Below are positions 29,297 to 39,474 of a stretch of 64,000 nucleotides of DNA, one piece after another. Positions within the stretch are counted from its first letter, which is position 1; the number at the start of each line of letters is the position of its first letter. The position numbers and the translations under genes were made by a program. Source of the DNA: a virus (Duplodnaviria; Caudoviricetes); the IMG/VR virus record IMGVR_UViG_3300029305_002470, positions 1-64,000 of that record. The stretch is one strand, 5' to 3'. Below the pieces are notes generated by a model. It was not told where the DNA came from and did not search any database. It worked only from the letters and a program-made list of their open reading frames with translations.

Positions 29297-30221
29297 TCAA
29301 TATATCCTTATTATCCTCAACCCAATCTTCTGTGTCTTCTTTCTCAATATTGTAATCTTTAGACCCAGTTATAAGATTAAGAAGTGGACGCTTAATTTCT
29401 CTTATCCATCCAGCATGAATACCTCTAAAATCTTTATACATATTTTTATCTTTATAATATTCAGCAGGTTCTTCATTCTCCATTAGCCAAATATCATATT
29501 CAATCATTTTTTCAACATCAGTTTTTTGTCGCTCAACTTCAAACTTATCTATACCCAAAGCTTTCATCATGTCTATCTGACGTTTCATAGCTTTATCAAC
29601 ATCATTACCTTCCCAAATATCAAGTTCGGCAAGACATAAATTTCTATATAATTGTTCTTGAGCAACATCTAATTCTTTATTTTTAACATAAGAAGCCCAT
29701 CGACTTTCAAGATACTGTAATTGTGTAGTATCTTTATCTTCTCCCCATCTATAACGCAATTCTTTTTGTTCTTCTTCAATAGCCTTTTCAGACTTCTGAA
29801 TAGAAGCTATATCTTTAAAATCTACATCTGTACCATCAAAGCCAGTCCATGCTTCTTTTTCAGCTTTGGTTTTATTAGCTTGAAAACATCTCGTATAATT
29901 ACCCCAATAACTTTTAGTTTTATAATCTTTGATATTGGTCATATACATATTATATAGCTTTCTTACAAATGGCACACCCATATCTGCACAAGTATAAAAT
30001 ATAGCCGCTTCCATATTGCGATATTTTTTTAAATAATCTTGTGCAATTTTATTACTGCATTCTCTACAATATGGTTGTACTCCATTAGCATGTCTAGGAT
30101 TTGGAGATTTATAAAAATCTTCTATTGGATACATTCTGCCACAACCTATACAGAAACTTTCTATAGGTTTTATAGTTGCACCTTTTTTTGGCATATAACC
30201 ATCTCCTTTTATTCTAAGCAA
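29286..30221 (-). CDS. putative terminase small subunit
   Basis: N-terminal CxxC...CxxC zinc finger, overlaps the terL start; SPbeta-like position. Confidence 0.55.
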   Translation of the reverse strand: MLRIKGDGYMPKKGATIKPIESFCIGCGRMYPIEDFYKSPNPRHANGVQPYCRECSNKIAQDYLKKYRNMEAAIFYTCADMGVPFVRKLYNMYMTNIKDYKTKSYWGNYTRCFQANKTKAEKEAWTGFDGTDVDFKDIASIQKSEKAIEEEQKELRYRWGEDKDTTQLQYLESRWASYVKNKELDVAQEQLYRNLCLAELDIWEGNDVDKAMKRQIDMMKALGIDKFEVERQKTDVEKMIEYDIWLMENEEPAEYYKDKNMYKDFRGIHAGWIREIKRPLLNLITGSKDYNIEKEDTEDWVEDNKDILNDE

Positions 30222-30251
30222 TAAAAAAGATAGCCATATAGACTATCTATT

Positions 30252-31415
30252 TTAATCAACAATTATTTCTATTACACATCTATCTTCATCGTATATAATT
30301 AACGTTTGACTTGGCTTAGTTACCGCTCTAAGATTTAAAGCATATTCATCACTGCCACAAAGACTACCATTAACAGTTACATATATATTTGATTCATTTA
30401 TATCTTTATGCGCATGTGTATGTCCTAAATGTATTTCATCTGGAACGCATTTATATATTTTACTAAAATCTTCGATAACTTGGTTTACCTTATCATGTTG
30501 TCCATGAGCTAAACAGATAATTTTATTATTAAATGTATATTTAACAAAATCTAAACCACCAGATGTTGTAATAGTTATATCCTTATCTAATTTTAATTTA
30601 AGAAATTCTGGAATTAACATTTCCATATTTTCTTTATTAATAGATTCTTTTTTATTTGGAATAAGTCTACCATGATTGCCCAACGTAGTAATTACTTTAA
30701 TACTACGTACATAAGGTTTTAATTCATTAATAAAATACGCTAACATATTTGACACAATAACAATTTGTGAAACCGCATCTTCTTCAGATTGTATTCTATT
30801 ACTTACATTAATAATTCCATGCGACATATCACCATTTATCTCAATTGCCAAATCTGTAATATTATAATTAAGTATATATTTTTTTAATTTATTTAATAAT
30901 TGTTCCATACGTTCATGGGCAATCTCAACAGAATAACAATTAAATTGAGTATCTATTAAACTACCAACATGCCAATCTGACAACATTACAATAGCACTCT
31001 TTGAATTATTTTTCTTTTCAACACGTTCACCATATTTATATGTTGGCAACTCATCAAGATTTTGTAATGCAGATTTTAATACATCTACAAGATTTTCATA
31101 TCTTGCTTCTGCCATCAATTCTTTTCGATATTCTCTACGAGCATCTTGATATTTAATCTTTTCTTTATATACTTCCTTTTTTAAAGTTTTTAATCTATCT
31201 AATTCTTCTTGAGAACAGTAATCATTTTGAAATTTTTCTTGATAATGCTTCGCAACTGCATATCCACTATACCGTCCCCCATTAAAAGATTTTCTTAAAG
31301 AATCGGGATGTACGGATATATCAAGCTCATCCACCATCTCTTCCCAACTCCTATCATCAACCCCTTCAACTTTATCAATTAAAAGCTGAAGTTCATCTTC
31401 ATATGACTTGGGCAT
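30252..31415 (-). CDS. metallophosphoesterase (calcineurin-like)
   Basis: SDWH, NGD, GNH, HG, GHTH motifs. Confidence 0.85.
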   Translation of the reverse strand: MPKSYEDELQLLIDKVEGVDDRSWEEMVDELDISVHPDSLRKSFNGGRYSGYAVAKHYQEKFQNDYCSQEELDRLKTLKKEVYKEKIKYQDARREYRKELMAEARYENLVDVLKSALQNLDELPTYKYGERVEKKNNSKSAIVMLSDWHVGSLIDTQFNCYSVEIAHERMEQLLNKLKKYILNYNITDLAIEINGDMSHGIINVSNRIQSEEDAVSQIVIVSNMLAYFINELKPYVRSIKVITTLGNHGRLIPNKKESINKENMEMLIPEFLKLKLDKDITITTSGGLDFVKYTFNNKIICLAHGQHDKVNQVIEDFSKIYKCVPDEIHLGHTHAHKDINESNIYVTVNGSLCGSDEYALNLRAVTKPSQTLIIYDEDRCVIEIIVD

Positions 31416-31417
31416 AA

Positions 31418-31906
31418 TTATGTTCTCCTTTTAATTTGCATACGAGTATCCTTGACAATCTCTCTAATGTTTTCGCCAGTATCTCGTTTTCTTTCCAACA
31501 TTCTTCTAATATCCGTTTTGCTCTTTTCTGCATCACGTTCTTCTAATTCTTGTTCGAGTGCAGTAAGAGTTCCACGTTTTTTATTTCTACGCCCCTCTTT
31601 ACTTACAATAGCATCATTTACATAATCTTTAAAATTTTGACTAGCCGTAAATTTAGGAGCATAATGAATAGGGACGAAATACATTAGTCCATCTCGCCCT
31701 CGTCTTTCATAGCCTCCAGTTTCTAATAAATAAAACTTTCCAATATTTTTTAATCTTACAGAGCCATTATATCTAACTTCTTCTCTAATTGTATCTAATA
31801 AACCATTATAGATTTCTTCCATATGACTTTCCACAAATTTATTTTGGAAGTTGCATCTATTATACCACATTTGCAAAAACTGCTTGTGTTTTAAAGTCTT
31901 ACCCAT
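31418..31906 (-). CDS. HU/IHF-like DNA-binding protein with basic C-terminal extension
   Basis: V.LKNIGKF...P.FTAS..FKD.V HU-like pattern. Confidence 0.65.
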   Translation of the reverse strand: MGKTLKHKQFLQMWYNRCNFQNKFVESHMEEIYNGLLDTIREEVRYNGSVRLKNIGKFYLLETGGYERRGRDGLMYFVPIHYAPKFTASQNFKDYVNDAIVSKEGRRNKKRGTLTALEQELEERDAEKSKTDIRRMLERKRDTGENIREIVKDTRMQIKRRT

Positions 31907-32229
31907 TAGAACACCTTACCTAAAGTTTCTTCTTTCATTTCCGCCTTAATAGCAGGACGAAATCTAAAAGTAGGTTTATTAAATGCTTGCTGTGCAGGCA
32001 ACATCATTTTTTCTTTAGTAAATGGATTAATGCCTTGTCTTGCAGGTTTAGCATCAACTTGTGTATTAGAAAAAGTTCCGATATTAGGAATACCAACTTC
32101 ATATCCAGTCATAATAGCTTCCTTTAAAACTGAATAATAAGCTTCTAAAATTATACTAACATCTTTTTTATATTTATTAGACTGTAATGCTACTAAGCGT
32201 TCTAATTCACTTCTTGTTAATTTTCGCAT
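31906..32229 (-). CDS. HU-family DNA-binding protein
   Basis: IPNIGTF...ARQGINPFT.E....A...P.FRF...K.E. Confidence 0.85.
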   Translation of the reverse strand: MRKLTRSELERLVALQSNKYKKDVSIILEAYYSVLKEAIMTGYEVGIPNIGTFSNTQVDAKPARQGINPFTKEKMMLPAQQAFNKPTFRFRPAIKAEMKEETLGKVF

Positions 32230-32343
32230 TACTATTTCCTCTCATTCATTATATACTTTTACATCCTTGTTTCCCTAACTGTTATATTTGTAGTAATATT
32301 AACAAAGTAACAAAACACCATGATTTCAAAGTTTGTGATATTT

Positions 32344-34947
32344 TTAACACTGTCCAGATTTCTGTTCAGCATATATCTTACGCATGAACATCCTTTTATA
32401 TTCTTTACGAGCAATATGCGCACATTCTTCAGAACAATATTTTTTTTCTACATAATCTACGTCTTCAATCCTTGCTCCACATATAGGACATATACTTCCA
32501 AGAGCAGAAGAATTGCGTTGTATATTCTGATAGATTTCTTTTCCAAAACATTCCCATAATGTTTTTTTTGAACTATTTTTTCGTTGCACATATAAAAAAT
32601 AAATTAATGTATCAACAATAGTTTCTTGAGAAAAAGGTAATGCTAATAATTTCTTTTTTATCTGTTGATAAATATAACTATCATATTTCTTTGTGTTTAA
32701 ATTATCTTTATCATCAATAACTTTATAAAATTTATATTTATGTGAATTTAAATAATCATATGTTGTAACAATATCTTCATATATATCTTTATACAAATAT
32801 TTTTTATCATGCAATAAAACACGGTAATCAAATTTACCTATACTTTTATTAAATTTAATTCTTACATTAGGGATAATATTTTCTAAATAATTAACGGCAG
32901 TGGGCTTCCACGATGTTATTTGATGCTCAGACTTATCTTTAGCATATTTAAAATAATACGGCAATAAATCTGTTGTATAACTTTTAATTATTTTATCTAT
33001 ATCATTTGGTCTTTTTATTTTATACAGTGTTTTAGCGTAATCAATTACAAAATTATTTTCACATGTTAACCACTTAACAACATTGATTTCTCTATCTGTA
33101 ATTTTTCCACTATTCCAAACCTTAGAAATGTTATTACTAATTATACCAATATTACCGCCAGTATAAGCTAATTCCAAACCATGAAATAAAGTATTGCCAT
33201 TAATTTGTGATGGTTCAGCTTTTCGCATATTATAATATAATGGAACAATATTTTGCATATTACGTTTAGCTAAACGAATTAATTGTTTTTCTCTGACTAC
33301 AAGACTTTTGTCTCCGTCAACATCAAATTGTAAAATTTTACTTATCAAATCATGACAACTCGTATAAACACATTTAGTATCAAACCATTTATCCGTCAAA
33401 TCATTTTGCACATTTCTACGAATAGCATGTTCCTTATATAAATGTGGCGAACGCAAACAATCTAATTCTTCGCCATCTCTATATAAATTACAACTAATTT
33501 CACCTTTTGATAATAAACCTTGTGGATTTTTATCTCCTAAAAATAACCATTCACAAAAAGCATAAAGGTCTGGTGCAAGAAAAGTATACTTACCATCAAT
33601 CGCTAATTTACCAGCCTTACCCCATTTAACTAAACTACGCTTAACATCTTTAATAATATCTCTGCTATATTTATCTCGCATTAACTCAGGATATAACATT
33701 AAGCTCTTTTGAATATAACTTGGACTTATATTCTCTTCTACCGCTCCAAGCAAACGCATTGTTGTTCTATAATCTTCACCAACATTTTTTATTTCTTCAA
33801 CAGTACGTTTAGCTAGTGAACGCATTTCTCTCGGTTTAATATCAGTTAATGTTTGCAACATCTGATAATTAATACGAGCATTTGGTATAAATTCTTCCTC
33901 TTGATTTATACGACCTGCCGTACAACAATATTCTTTATACCATCTTTTATATTGTTCCCATGAATCATAATATTTCCACATTTTAAATTGTGATTTAGTA
34001 AATATATATTTAATATCTTCTTTAAAAATATCATGTATATTACCATATATATCTTTAATAATACCACAATTACAATTAGGGTTCAAGGAATGTTCTTGTA
34101 TAAATTTCCTAAAGTCAAATTTTACTAATAATCCTTTTATCCATGGAAGTCTAACCATAGTTGTTGTATCATCTAACATAATACCACAACCATCCATGTG
34201 TGGAATTAAAACATCCATACATTGTCGTGTAATAGAATAATCAGTATCGTCTATATAATCAACTTCATCATTTACAAAGGTTTCGAAATCATCTACTACA
34301 ATTGCTTTATCAATATTAAAATCTTCCCAAACCTCTGTTGCAGAATTGGCTAAAGCATAATAAGCTAGAAATTTATTTACATTAACTCCACCACGGCGAT
34401 TAATTTCTTCAATGCTTAATCCACACATCAATGTCTTTTCATATTGTTTTAATTTTTCTTCTTTTACTACTACAAATTTTTTTGTTCTTATTTGTCCTGC
34501 GCTTGCACTAAATAATACATATTTTTGTCCATTATATATAAAACCGTTTTTTATAATATCTTCTGCAACTTGAAAAAAATAAACTTGCACAATCATTATA
34601 TCTTCAGTAAGTTCATTTGTTTTACATTGAAATGTTCTTGTTAAAAATGATTCAAATATTGATACTACATTTCTATCATTAATACATTCAGTTCTTAATT
34701 CTCTTAATTGATTATTTTGTCTTGTTTGTTCAAATTCTTTATATAATTTATTTTTTTGATTATTAATATATTTATCTATTTTATTTAATTGATGTGAATA
34801 TAATGAATCTCTTTTCTTTTTATTTTTAATTTTATTTCTTAAATAATATAATCTTACTAACTTATTATGTATATTCATTTCTTGCTGGTTATAAAAGCAA
34901 GCCGTATCCAACGAATACACATGTATCTGCTTTTCTAATCCAAGCAC
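32344..34947 (-). CDS. YonO-like single-subunit (double-psi barrel) RNA polymerase
   Basis: FSASAGQIR, DGCG, RLPWIKG, RSPHL and QFDVDGD catalytic motif; sits at the head of the late operon as yonO does in SPbeta. Confidence 0.88.
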   Translation of the reverse strand: MLGLEKQIHVYSLDTACFYNQQEMNIHNKLVRLYYLRNKIKNKKKRDSLYSHQLNKIDKYINNQKNKLYKEFEQTRQNNQLRELRTECINDRNVVSIFESFLTRTFQCKTNELTEDIMIVQVYFFQVAEDIIKNGFIYNGQKYVLFSASAGQIRTKKFVVVKEEKLKQYEKTLMCGLSIEEINRRGGVNVNKFLAYYALANSATEVWEDFNIDKAIVVDDFETFVNDEVDYIDDTDYSITRQCMDVLIPHMDGCGIMLDDTTTMVRLPWIKGLLVKFDFRKFIQEHSLNPNCNCGIIKDIYGNIHDIFKEDIKYIFTKSQFKMWKYYDSWEQYKRWYKEYCCTAGRINQEEEFIPNARINYQMLQTLTDIKPREMRSLAKRTVEEIKNVGEDYRTTMRLLGAVEENISPSYIQKSLMLYPELMRDKYSRDIIKDVKRSLVKWGKAGKLAIDGKYTFLAPDLYAFCEWLFLGDKNPQGLLSKGEISCNLYRDGEELDCLRSPHLYKEHAIRRNVQNDLTDKWFDTKCVYTSCHDLISKILQFDVDGDKSLVVREKQLIRLAKRNMQNIVPLYYNMRKAEPSQINGNTLFHGLELAYTGGNIGIISNNISKVWNSGKITDREINVVKWLTCENNFVIDYAKTLYKIKRPNDIDKIIKSYTTDLLPYYFKYAKDKSEHQITSWKPTAVNYLENIIPNVRIKFNKSIGKFDYRVLLHDKKYLYKDIYEDIVTTYDYLNSHKYKFYKVIDDKDNLNTKKYDSYIYQQIKKKLLALPFSQETIVDTLIYFLYVQRKNSSKKTLWECFGKEIYQNIQRNSSALGSICPICGARIEDVDYVEKKYCSEECAHIARKEYKRMFMRKIYAEQKSGQC

Positions 34948-35110
34948 TATATTCCCTCTCTTCTTGTTCTGCTATAACTTCATTTATATCATCAATGTAA
35001 TCACACCATTGTTCATAATTACTACGCTGAAAACTCGATTGAGAAGATGGAAATTTATTATAACTCATTTCATTCCATCTATCTAACATGCACATATATT
35101 CTCCTTTCAT
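34889..35110 (-). CDS. small hypothetical protein
   Basis: Probable start at ATG 35095 after GAAAGGAG; overlaps the RNAP start. Confidence 0.45.
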   Translation of the reverse strand: MKGEYMCMLDRWNEMSYNKFPSSQSSFQRSNYEQWCDYIDDINEVIAEQEEREYSAWIRKADTCVFVGYGLLL

Positions 35111-35126
35111 TATCTAAGATATATGT

Positions 35127-35249
35127 ATTATATCATAAATTAAATAAAAAATCAAGTATTTTATAGAATACTCACAAAAATAAAACAAATTCTTATTATA
35201 AAATTTGTGAAATAAAACAATTGATTTTTTAAGAATTTTATGGTACAAT
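35127..35249. promoter_or_regulatory. divergent sigmaA promoters
   Basis: Minus: TTGATT(35155-35150)-17-TATAAT(35132-35127) with TG extension; plus: TTGATT(35221)-17-TACAAT(35244) with TG extension. Confidence 0.75.
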
Positions 35250-35285
35250 TATCAATGTAATCAGCGGTCACGAAAAGGAGTAAAT

Positions 35286-35969
35286 ATGGATAATTATTTA
35301 TATAAACATTATAAGGGAAAATATCGAGTATTAGCAGATTATGATACTACTACAAATGATTTCCCACGCAATGAACAAGGAAATATAGATGAAGATTTTG
35401 CAGACTTTTATATACCAGGTAAAAAGAATGTGCAAATACGTCATGGCATGAGAGACAATTTAGGATGTTATATATTCAGTAATACATTAGCACGTAATAT
35501 ACTTGCGACTATTTATGAAAGAGAATTAAATAAAGATGCTCCTAAAAAAATAGAAACAATTGCACAATCATTAATTAACAATAATATTATTATTGATATT
35601 ACATATTATGACGGAGAAATTTTATTTACATTTAAAAATATATATCTTGATAATTGGGCTGATATATTTAAATTAAAAAAGTCTGGAGCAAATATATCTC
35701 CATTATCTTTAAAAAATTTACCTAAGTCAGAATATGTTATTGATAAAAATGATGAGCAGAAATATAATAATTTATTTAATAATTTAGATAAAACTCAGAA
35801 AATGCAGATAGCAAGAAAATCTGTAAATAATGTTATTGATAAATTAACCAAAAAACAAAAAGCAGAAATGAAATCATTGTGCATGAAACCAAAACAATAT
35901 ATACATTATATTGGCAAATGGGACAAATTAATTGCTGAAGTAAATAAGGAGATACATAATTATGAATGA
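35286..35969 (+). CDS. hypothetical protein
   Basis: 227 aa, AAGGAG RBS. Confidence 0.75.
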   Translation: MDNYLYKHYKGKYRVLADYDTTTNDFPRNEQGNIDEDFADFYIPGKKNVQIRHGMRDNLGCYIFSNTLARNILATIYERELNKDAPKKIETIAQSLINNNIIIDITYYDGEILFTFKNIYLDNWADIFKLKKSGANISPLSLKNLPKSEYVIDKNDEQKYNNLFNNLDKTQKMQIARKSVNNVIDKLTKKQKAEMKSLCMKPKQYIHYIGKWDKLIAEVNKEIHNYE

Positions 35970-36339
35970 ACCAATGAGCTATTTTGATTTTACACATTAT
36001 ATTAAAAAGTCACAAGAGGAATGTGATTGGATAGATAATTTTTATAAACTTGGGTTTGAAGGGCTTGCTGAAAAAATATGGTCATATGATAATTCTATAG
36101 ACCTTATTAGTAAAATATTTAACGATACAACTCATGTATTACATGATTGGATATATGAAACAAATTATGGTAGAGACAATAATATTAATATGATATATAA
36201 AGATAAATATATACGAACCATAAATGATATATATAATATATTAATTCAAATATATAACAAAGAAATAGATTGGACAGAAATAGAAATTAAAAGAGGTGAT
36301 GACCTATCGCAGATAGAAGAATGTTCTCCAAACGTATAA
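35962..36339 (+). CDS. hypothetical protein
   Basis: ORF overlapping both neighbours. Confidence 0.65.
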   Translation: MNEPMSYFDFTHYIKKSQEECDWIDNFYKLGFEGLAEKIWSYDNSIDLISKIFNDTTHVLHDWIYETNYGRDNNINMIYKDKYIRTINDIYNILIQIYNKEIDWTEIEIKRGDDLSQIEECSPNV

Positions 36340-36650
36340 TAGAAAGTGATGATTTTCTTGAACTAAGTAAAGAATCACAATCTTTATATTTTCATTTATG
36401 CATGTATGCTGATGATGATGGATTTATAAATAATGTTAAATCTATTATTCGTGCAGTAGGAGCAAATCAACAAGACTTAGAAGAATTAAAAGAAAATAAT
36501 TATGTACATGAATTTGAAAGCGGCATTGTTTTAATTATGCATTGGAAAGTTCATAATTATATTCAAAAAGACCGCTATCGTCCAACATCGTGTACAGAAG
36601 AAAAAAATCAAGTTGAACTTGTTTATGGTTCTGCTTATGTATTAAAATAA
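36321..36650 (+). CDS. replisome organizer N-terminal domain (short form)
   Basis: MFSKRIIESDDFL.L...SQ.LYFHL.M.ADDDGF...HWK.HNYIQKDRY. Confidence 0.8.
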   Translation: MFSKRIIESDDFLELSKESQSLYFHLCMYADDDGFINNVKSIIRAVGANQQDLEELKENNYVHEFESGIVLIMHWKVHNYIQKDRYRPTSCTEEKNQVELVYGSAYVLK

Positions 36651-36821
36651 AAACATTGTATCCATAGTATAGGTTAGGTTAATTAGAGTAAGAGATAGAG
36701 TTAGAGTAAGAGTTAGAGATAGTATAGAGTTAGGTTAATTTATGTCTCGCAGAGACATAAAAATAGCATCATATTAAAAGAAGTTAAATAAAAAAATAAA
36801 TTTTACGGGAGGCTAAATTTT

Positions 36822-37073
36822 ATGTCAGATAATGTAAATCATCCATCTCATTATAATACAGGAAGTATTGAAGTAATTAATTATATTAAAGATAAATTAA
36901 ATTATGATGAATTTACTGGATATCTTACAGGTAATATAATTAAATATATATCAAGATATAAACATAAAAATGGAGTTGAAGATTTAAAAAAGGCAGAATG
37001 GTATCTTAATTATCTTATTAATTATATTGAAAATACATCAATAGAAGAAAAGAATAATTTGATAAATAAATAA
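36822..37073 (+). CDS. DUF3310 protein
   Basis: VNHPSHY...IEVI..I...GN.IKY..RY.HKNG.EDLKKA.WYL. Confidence 0.85.
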   Translation: MSDNVNHPSHYNTGSIEVINYIKDKLNYDEFTGYLTGNIIKYISRYKHKNGVEDLKKAEWYLNYLINYIENTSIEEKNNLINK

Positions 37074-37077
37074 CAAT

Positions 37078-37111
37078 GCTTGACTATTATATTATTATAT
37101 GATATAATATA
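37078..37111 (+). promoter_or_regulatory. sigmaA promoter
   Basis: TTGACT-17-TATAAT with TG extension upstream of the RNA ligase gene. Confidence 0.65.
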
Positions 37112-37137
37112 TTATATATTAATTAAGGAGAAATAAT

Positions 37138-37773
37138 ATGATTGAATATCACAAGATAGAACCACCATTCATTAGAGAAGATGGAACTAAGAAGCTTATT
37201 GAAGGTAAATTTAAAAATGAAACATTAGAATTTCTAAAAGACCTCAAGTGGCAGTTTACTGAAAAAATTGATGGTACAAATATTTCTATTGTTTGGGATG
37301 GACATAAAGTAGAATTTCACGGAAGAACGGAAAGAGCGCAGATTCCTGCACATCTTGTAAATAAGCTTAATGACCTTTTCGGCGGTCAAGTAAATGAAGA
37401 AATGTTTGAACAAATATTTGGAGATACTCCAATGATTTTATATGGAGAAGGATATGGATATAAAATACAAAATGGCGGAGCATATAGAGATGATGTATCA
37501 TTTATTCTTTTCGATGTATATCAACCAACTACTGATGTATGGCTTAAGCGTGAAGCAGTAGAGAGTATTGCAAATCAGCTTGGAATTGAAGTAGTACCAA
37601 TTATACTTGAAGGAACTATAGATGATGCTGTTCAATTTGTTAAAACAGAACCACAGTCTACAATAGGTAAAGCTAAAATGGAAGGTGTTGTTGGTAGACC
37701 TTATATAGAATTAAAAGACAGAATGGGAAAAAGAGTTATTACAAAAATAAAAGTATTTGATTTTGTTAGGTAA
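37138..37773 (+). CDS. RNA ligase (Rnl2-like nucleotidyltransferase)
   Basis: EKIDGTN motif I, YGEGYG, LFDV, EGVV, TKIK. Confidence 0.82.
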   Translation: MIEYHKIEPPFIREDGTKKLIEGKFKNETLEFLKDLKWQFTEKIDGTNISIVWDGHKVEFHGRTERAQIPAHLVNKLNDLFGGQVNEEMFEQIFGDTPMILYGEGYGYKIQNGGAYRDDVSFILFDVYQPTTDVWLKREAVESIANQLGIEVVPIILEGTIDDAVQFVKTEPQSTIGKAKMEGVVGRPYIELKDRMGKRVITKIKVFDFVR

Positions 37774-37777
37774 TATA

Positions 37778-38449
37778 ATGGGAACAGTTACAATATTAAA
37801 AGAAACAACAAAAAATCCAATTACACTTATAGGTGAAAGAGCAGGAGTATGTTATAATGCTGATATATCAGATTCTGCAAAAAATTATAAACGTGGTTTA
37901 GAATGTATTAAATCTGGCCATGGTCGTGCAATGGAATATGTTAATGTAGAAATGATATTAGATGGATTTTCTGCAAGAGTAATTAGAGAATGGTATACTC
38001 ATATAGGCGGAGCACCTACAAGATTACAGTCTTCTACACGATATATTAATTATGATAATTTTAATTATGTTGTACCACCTAGTATAATTAACAATCCATA
38101 TGCATTTAAAATATATGTAGATACAATGAGTTATATTGCAAATGGATATAAACAACTTACAGAATTAAATATCTCAAAAGAAGATATAGCAATGTTGCTT
38201 CCATTAGGTATGACAACAAAAATTATAGACAAAAGAAATCTACGTAATCTTGTTGATATGTCAAGACAGCGTATGTGTAGCAGAGCATATCTTGAATACA
38301 GACTTTTATTTGAAATGATATGTGAAGCATTATCTGAATACTCAGAAGAATGGGCGACATTAGTAGATATGTTATTTCATCCTAAATGTGAAGAACTTGG
38401 ATATTGTCCAGAATCTAAATCATGTGGTCGTATGCCACAAAAGAGGTAA
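37778..38449 (+). CDS. thyX: FAD-dependent thymidylate synthase
   Basis: GH...E, variant THI..A...Q.STRY motif, LLPLG, N.RNL......R; start moved to ATG 37778. Confidence 0.85.
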   Translation: MGTVTILKETTKNPITLIGERAGVCYNADISDSAKNYKRGLECIKSGHGRAMEYVNVEMILDGFSARVIREWYTHIGGAPTRLQSSTRYINYDNFNYVVPPSIINNPYAFKIYVDTMSYIANGYKQLTELNISKEDIAMLLPLGMTTKIIDKRNLRNLVDMSRQRMCSRAYLEYRLLFEMICEALSEYSEEWATLVDMLFHPKCEELGYCPESKSCGRMPQKR

Positions 38450-38594
38450 TTATGATATTTTTTATAATAATACTTATAACAATTTTATTTATAGTATGTA
38501 TACCACATATTTTTATAACTTATACAGATATGGACTATGTTAAACATCTTGAAAATATGGGTGTATATGTAGATGAGAATGGTAAAGAAATATA

Positions 38595-38867
38595 ATGGGA
38601 AACATAATGAAGTCATATCAAGTTCGTATGTATGATGAATATTATACATTATGCGATAAATATAGAAAATTAATAAGAATACTTAGAGATTATGATATAG
38701 GACAATTAGAGTTTACACCAAATTGTCCTATTGAATTGTTAAAAGAACAAGCCGATGTTATGAAGAGATATATAGATATACTATTAGAATGCAGTAAATA
38801 TGAAGATATGGAATTAAAAGAATTTGAATTTCGCATTGAACGTGGAGAAGATTATGGAATATATTGA
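38595..38867 (+). CDS. hypothetical protein
   Basis: ORF with the phage-typical Y..R...EY...CP..LL.EQ...M..Y..IL pattern. Confidence 0.6.
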   Translation: MGNIMKSYQVRMYDEYYTLCDKYRKLIRILRDYDIGQLEFTPNCPIELLKEQADVMKRYIDILLECSKYEDMELKEFEFRIERGEDYGIY

Positions 38868-39153
38868 AATTGTGGGAAATGAAAACATGTTTAAAACTGC
38901 TATACAATCTGTAATAAATTGGTATAATAATCATATTGGTCAAGATACATTTTCTTTTATAACTAAAGAAGATGTATGTATAGTATGGTTTGCTAAAACA
39001 TTACAAAATTTTAAGGTCATATTAGCTACTCCATTTATTGGTCAAGAATTTTATGAATTTACATATAATGGTAATAAGCAAGAAGCATATCTTGACGTAT
39101 ATACTAAAACAGACAATCAAATGATTAAATTTCATGGAGATAATAATGAGTAA
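38854..39153 (+). CDS. DUF6275-like protein
   Basis: VWFAKTLQN.K......YE.TYNG.K.EAYLDVY.K. Confidence 0.75.
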   Translation: MEYIEIVGNENMFKTAIQSVINWYNNHIGQDTFSFITKEDVCIVWFAKTLQNFKVILATPFIGQEFYEFTYNGNKQEAYLDVYTKTDNQMIKFHGDNNE

Positions 39154-39400
39154 AGAATATAATGGAAAATTTGAAGATATAATAATTGGTATACCATCAA
39201 ATGCTGTTGAATTAAATATAGAAGTAACAATATATGAAAATGGCGAACTTGAAAAAGTTTATGGTAAATATAATTTAAACGATATTGAAGAAGCAAAAAA
39301 AACATTTGAAAAATGTTGTTATGGAGAATATCCGACATATGTTATAACCGATAAGGGTAAAGCATGGCTTGAAGAATTAAAAAGAAATGGCGAAATATAA
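39134..39400 (+). CDS. hypothetical protein
   Basis: Coupled ORF; start approximate. Confidence 0.55.
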   Translation: MEIIMSKEYNGKFEDIIIGIPSNAVELNIEVTIYENGELEKVYGKYNLNDIEEAKKTFEKCCYGEYPTYVITDKGKAWLEELKRNGEI

Positions 39401-39474
39401 TATACCTTATAGGGTATAAAATAATATAAAAAAATATAAATTGCACCCTATAAGGTATAACAAGGAGATATAAT

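Noticed and set aside
37097-37125. Possible XerCD dif site (TATAATATATTAT)
   Set aside because: The XerD arm (TTATGTTAA/TAAACT) is missing; better explained as a -10 promoter region
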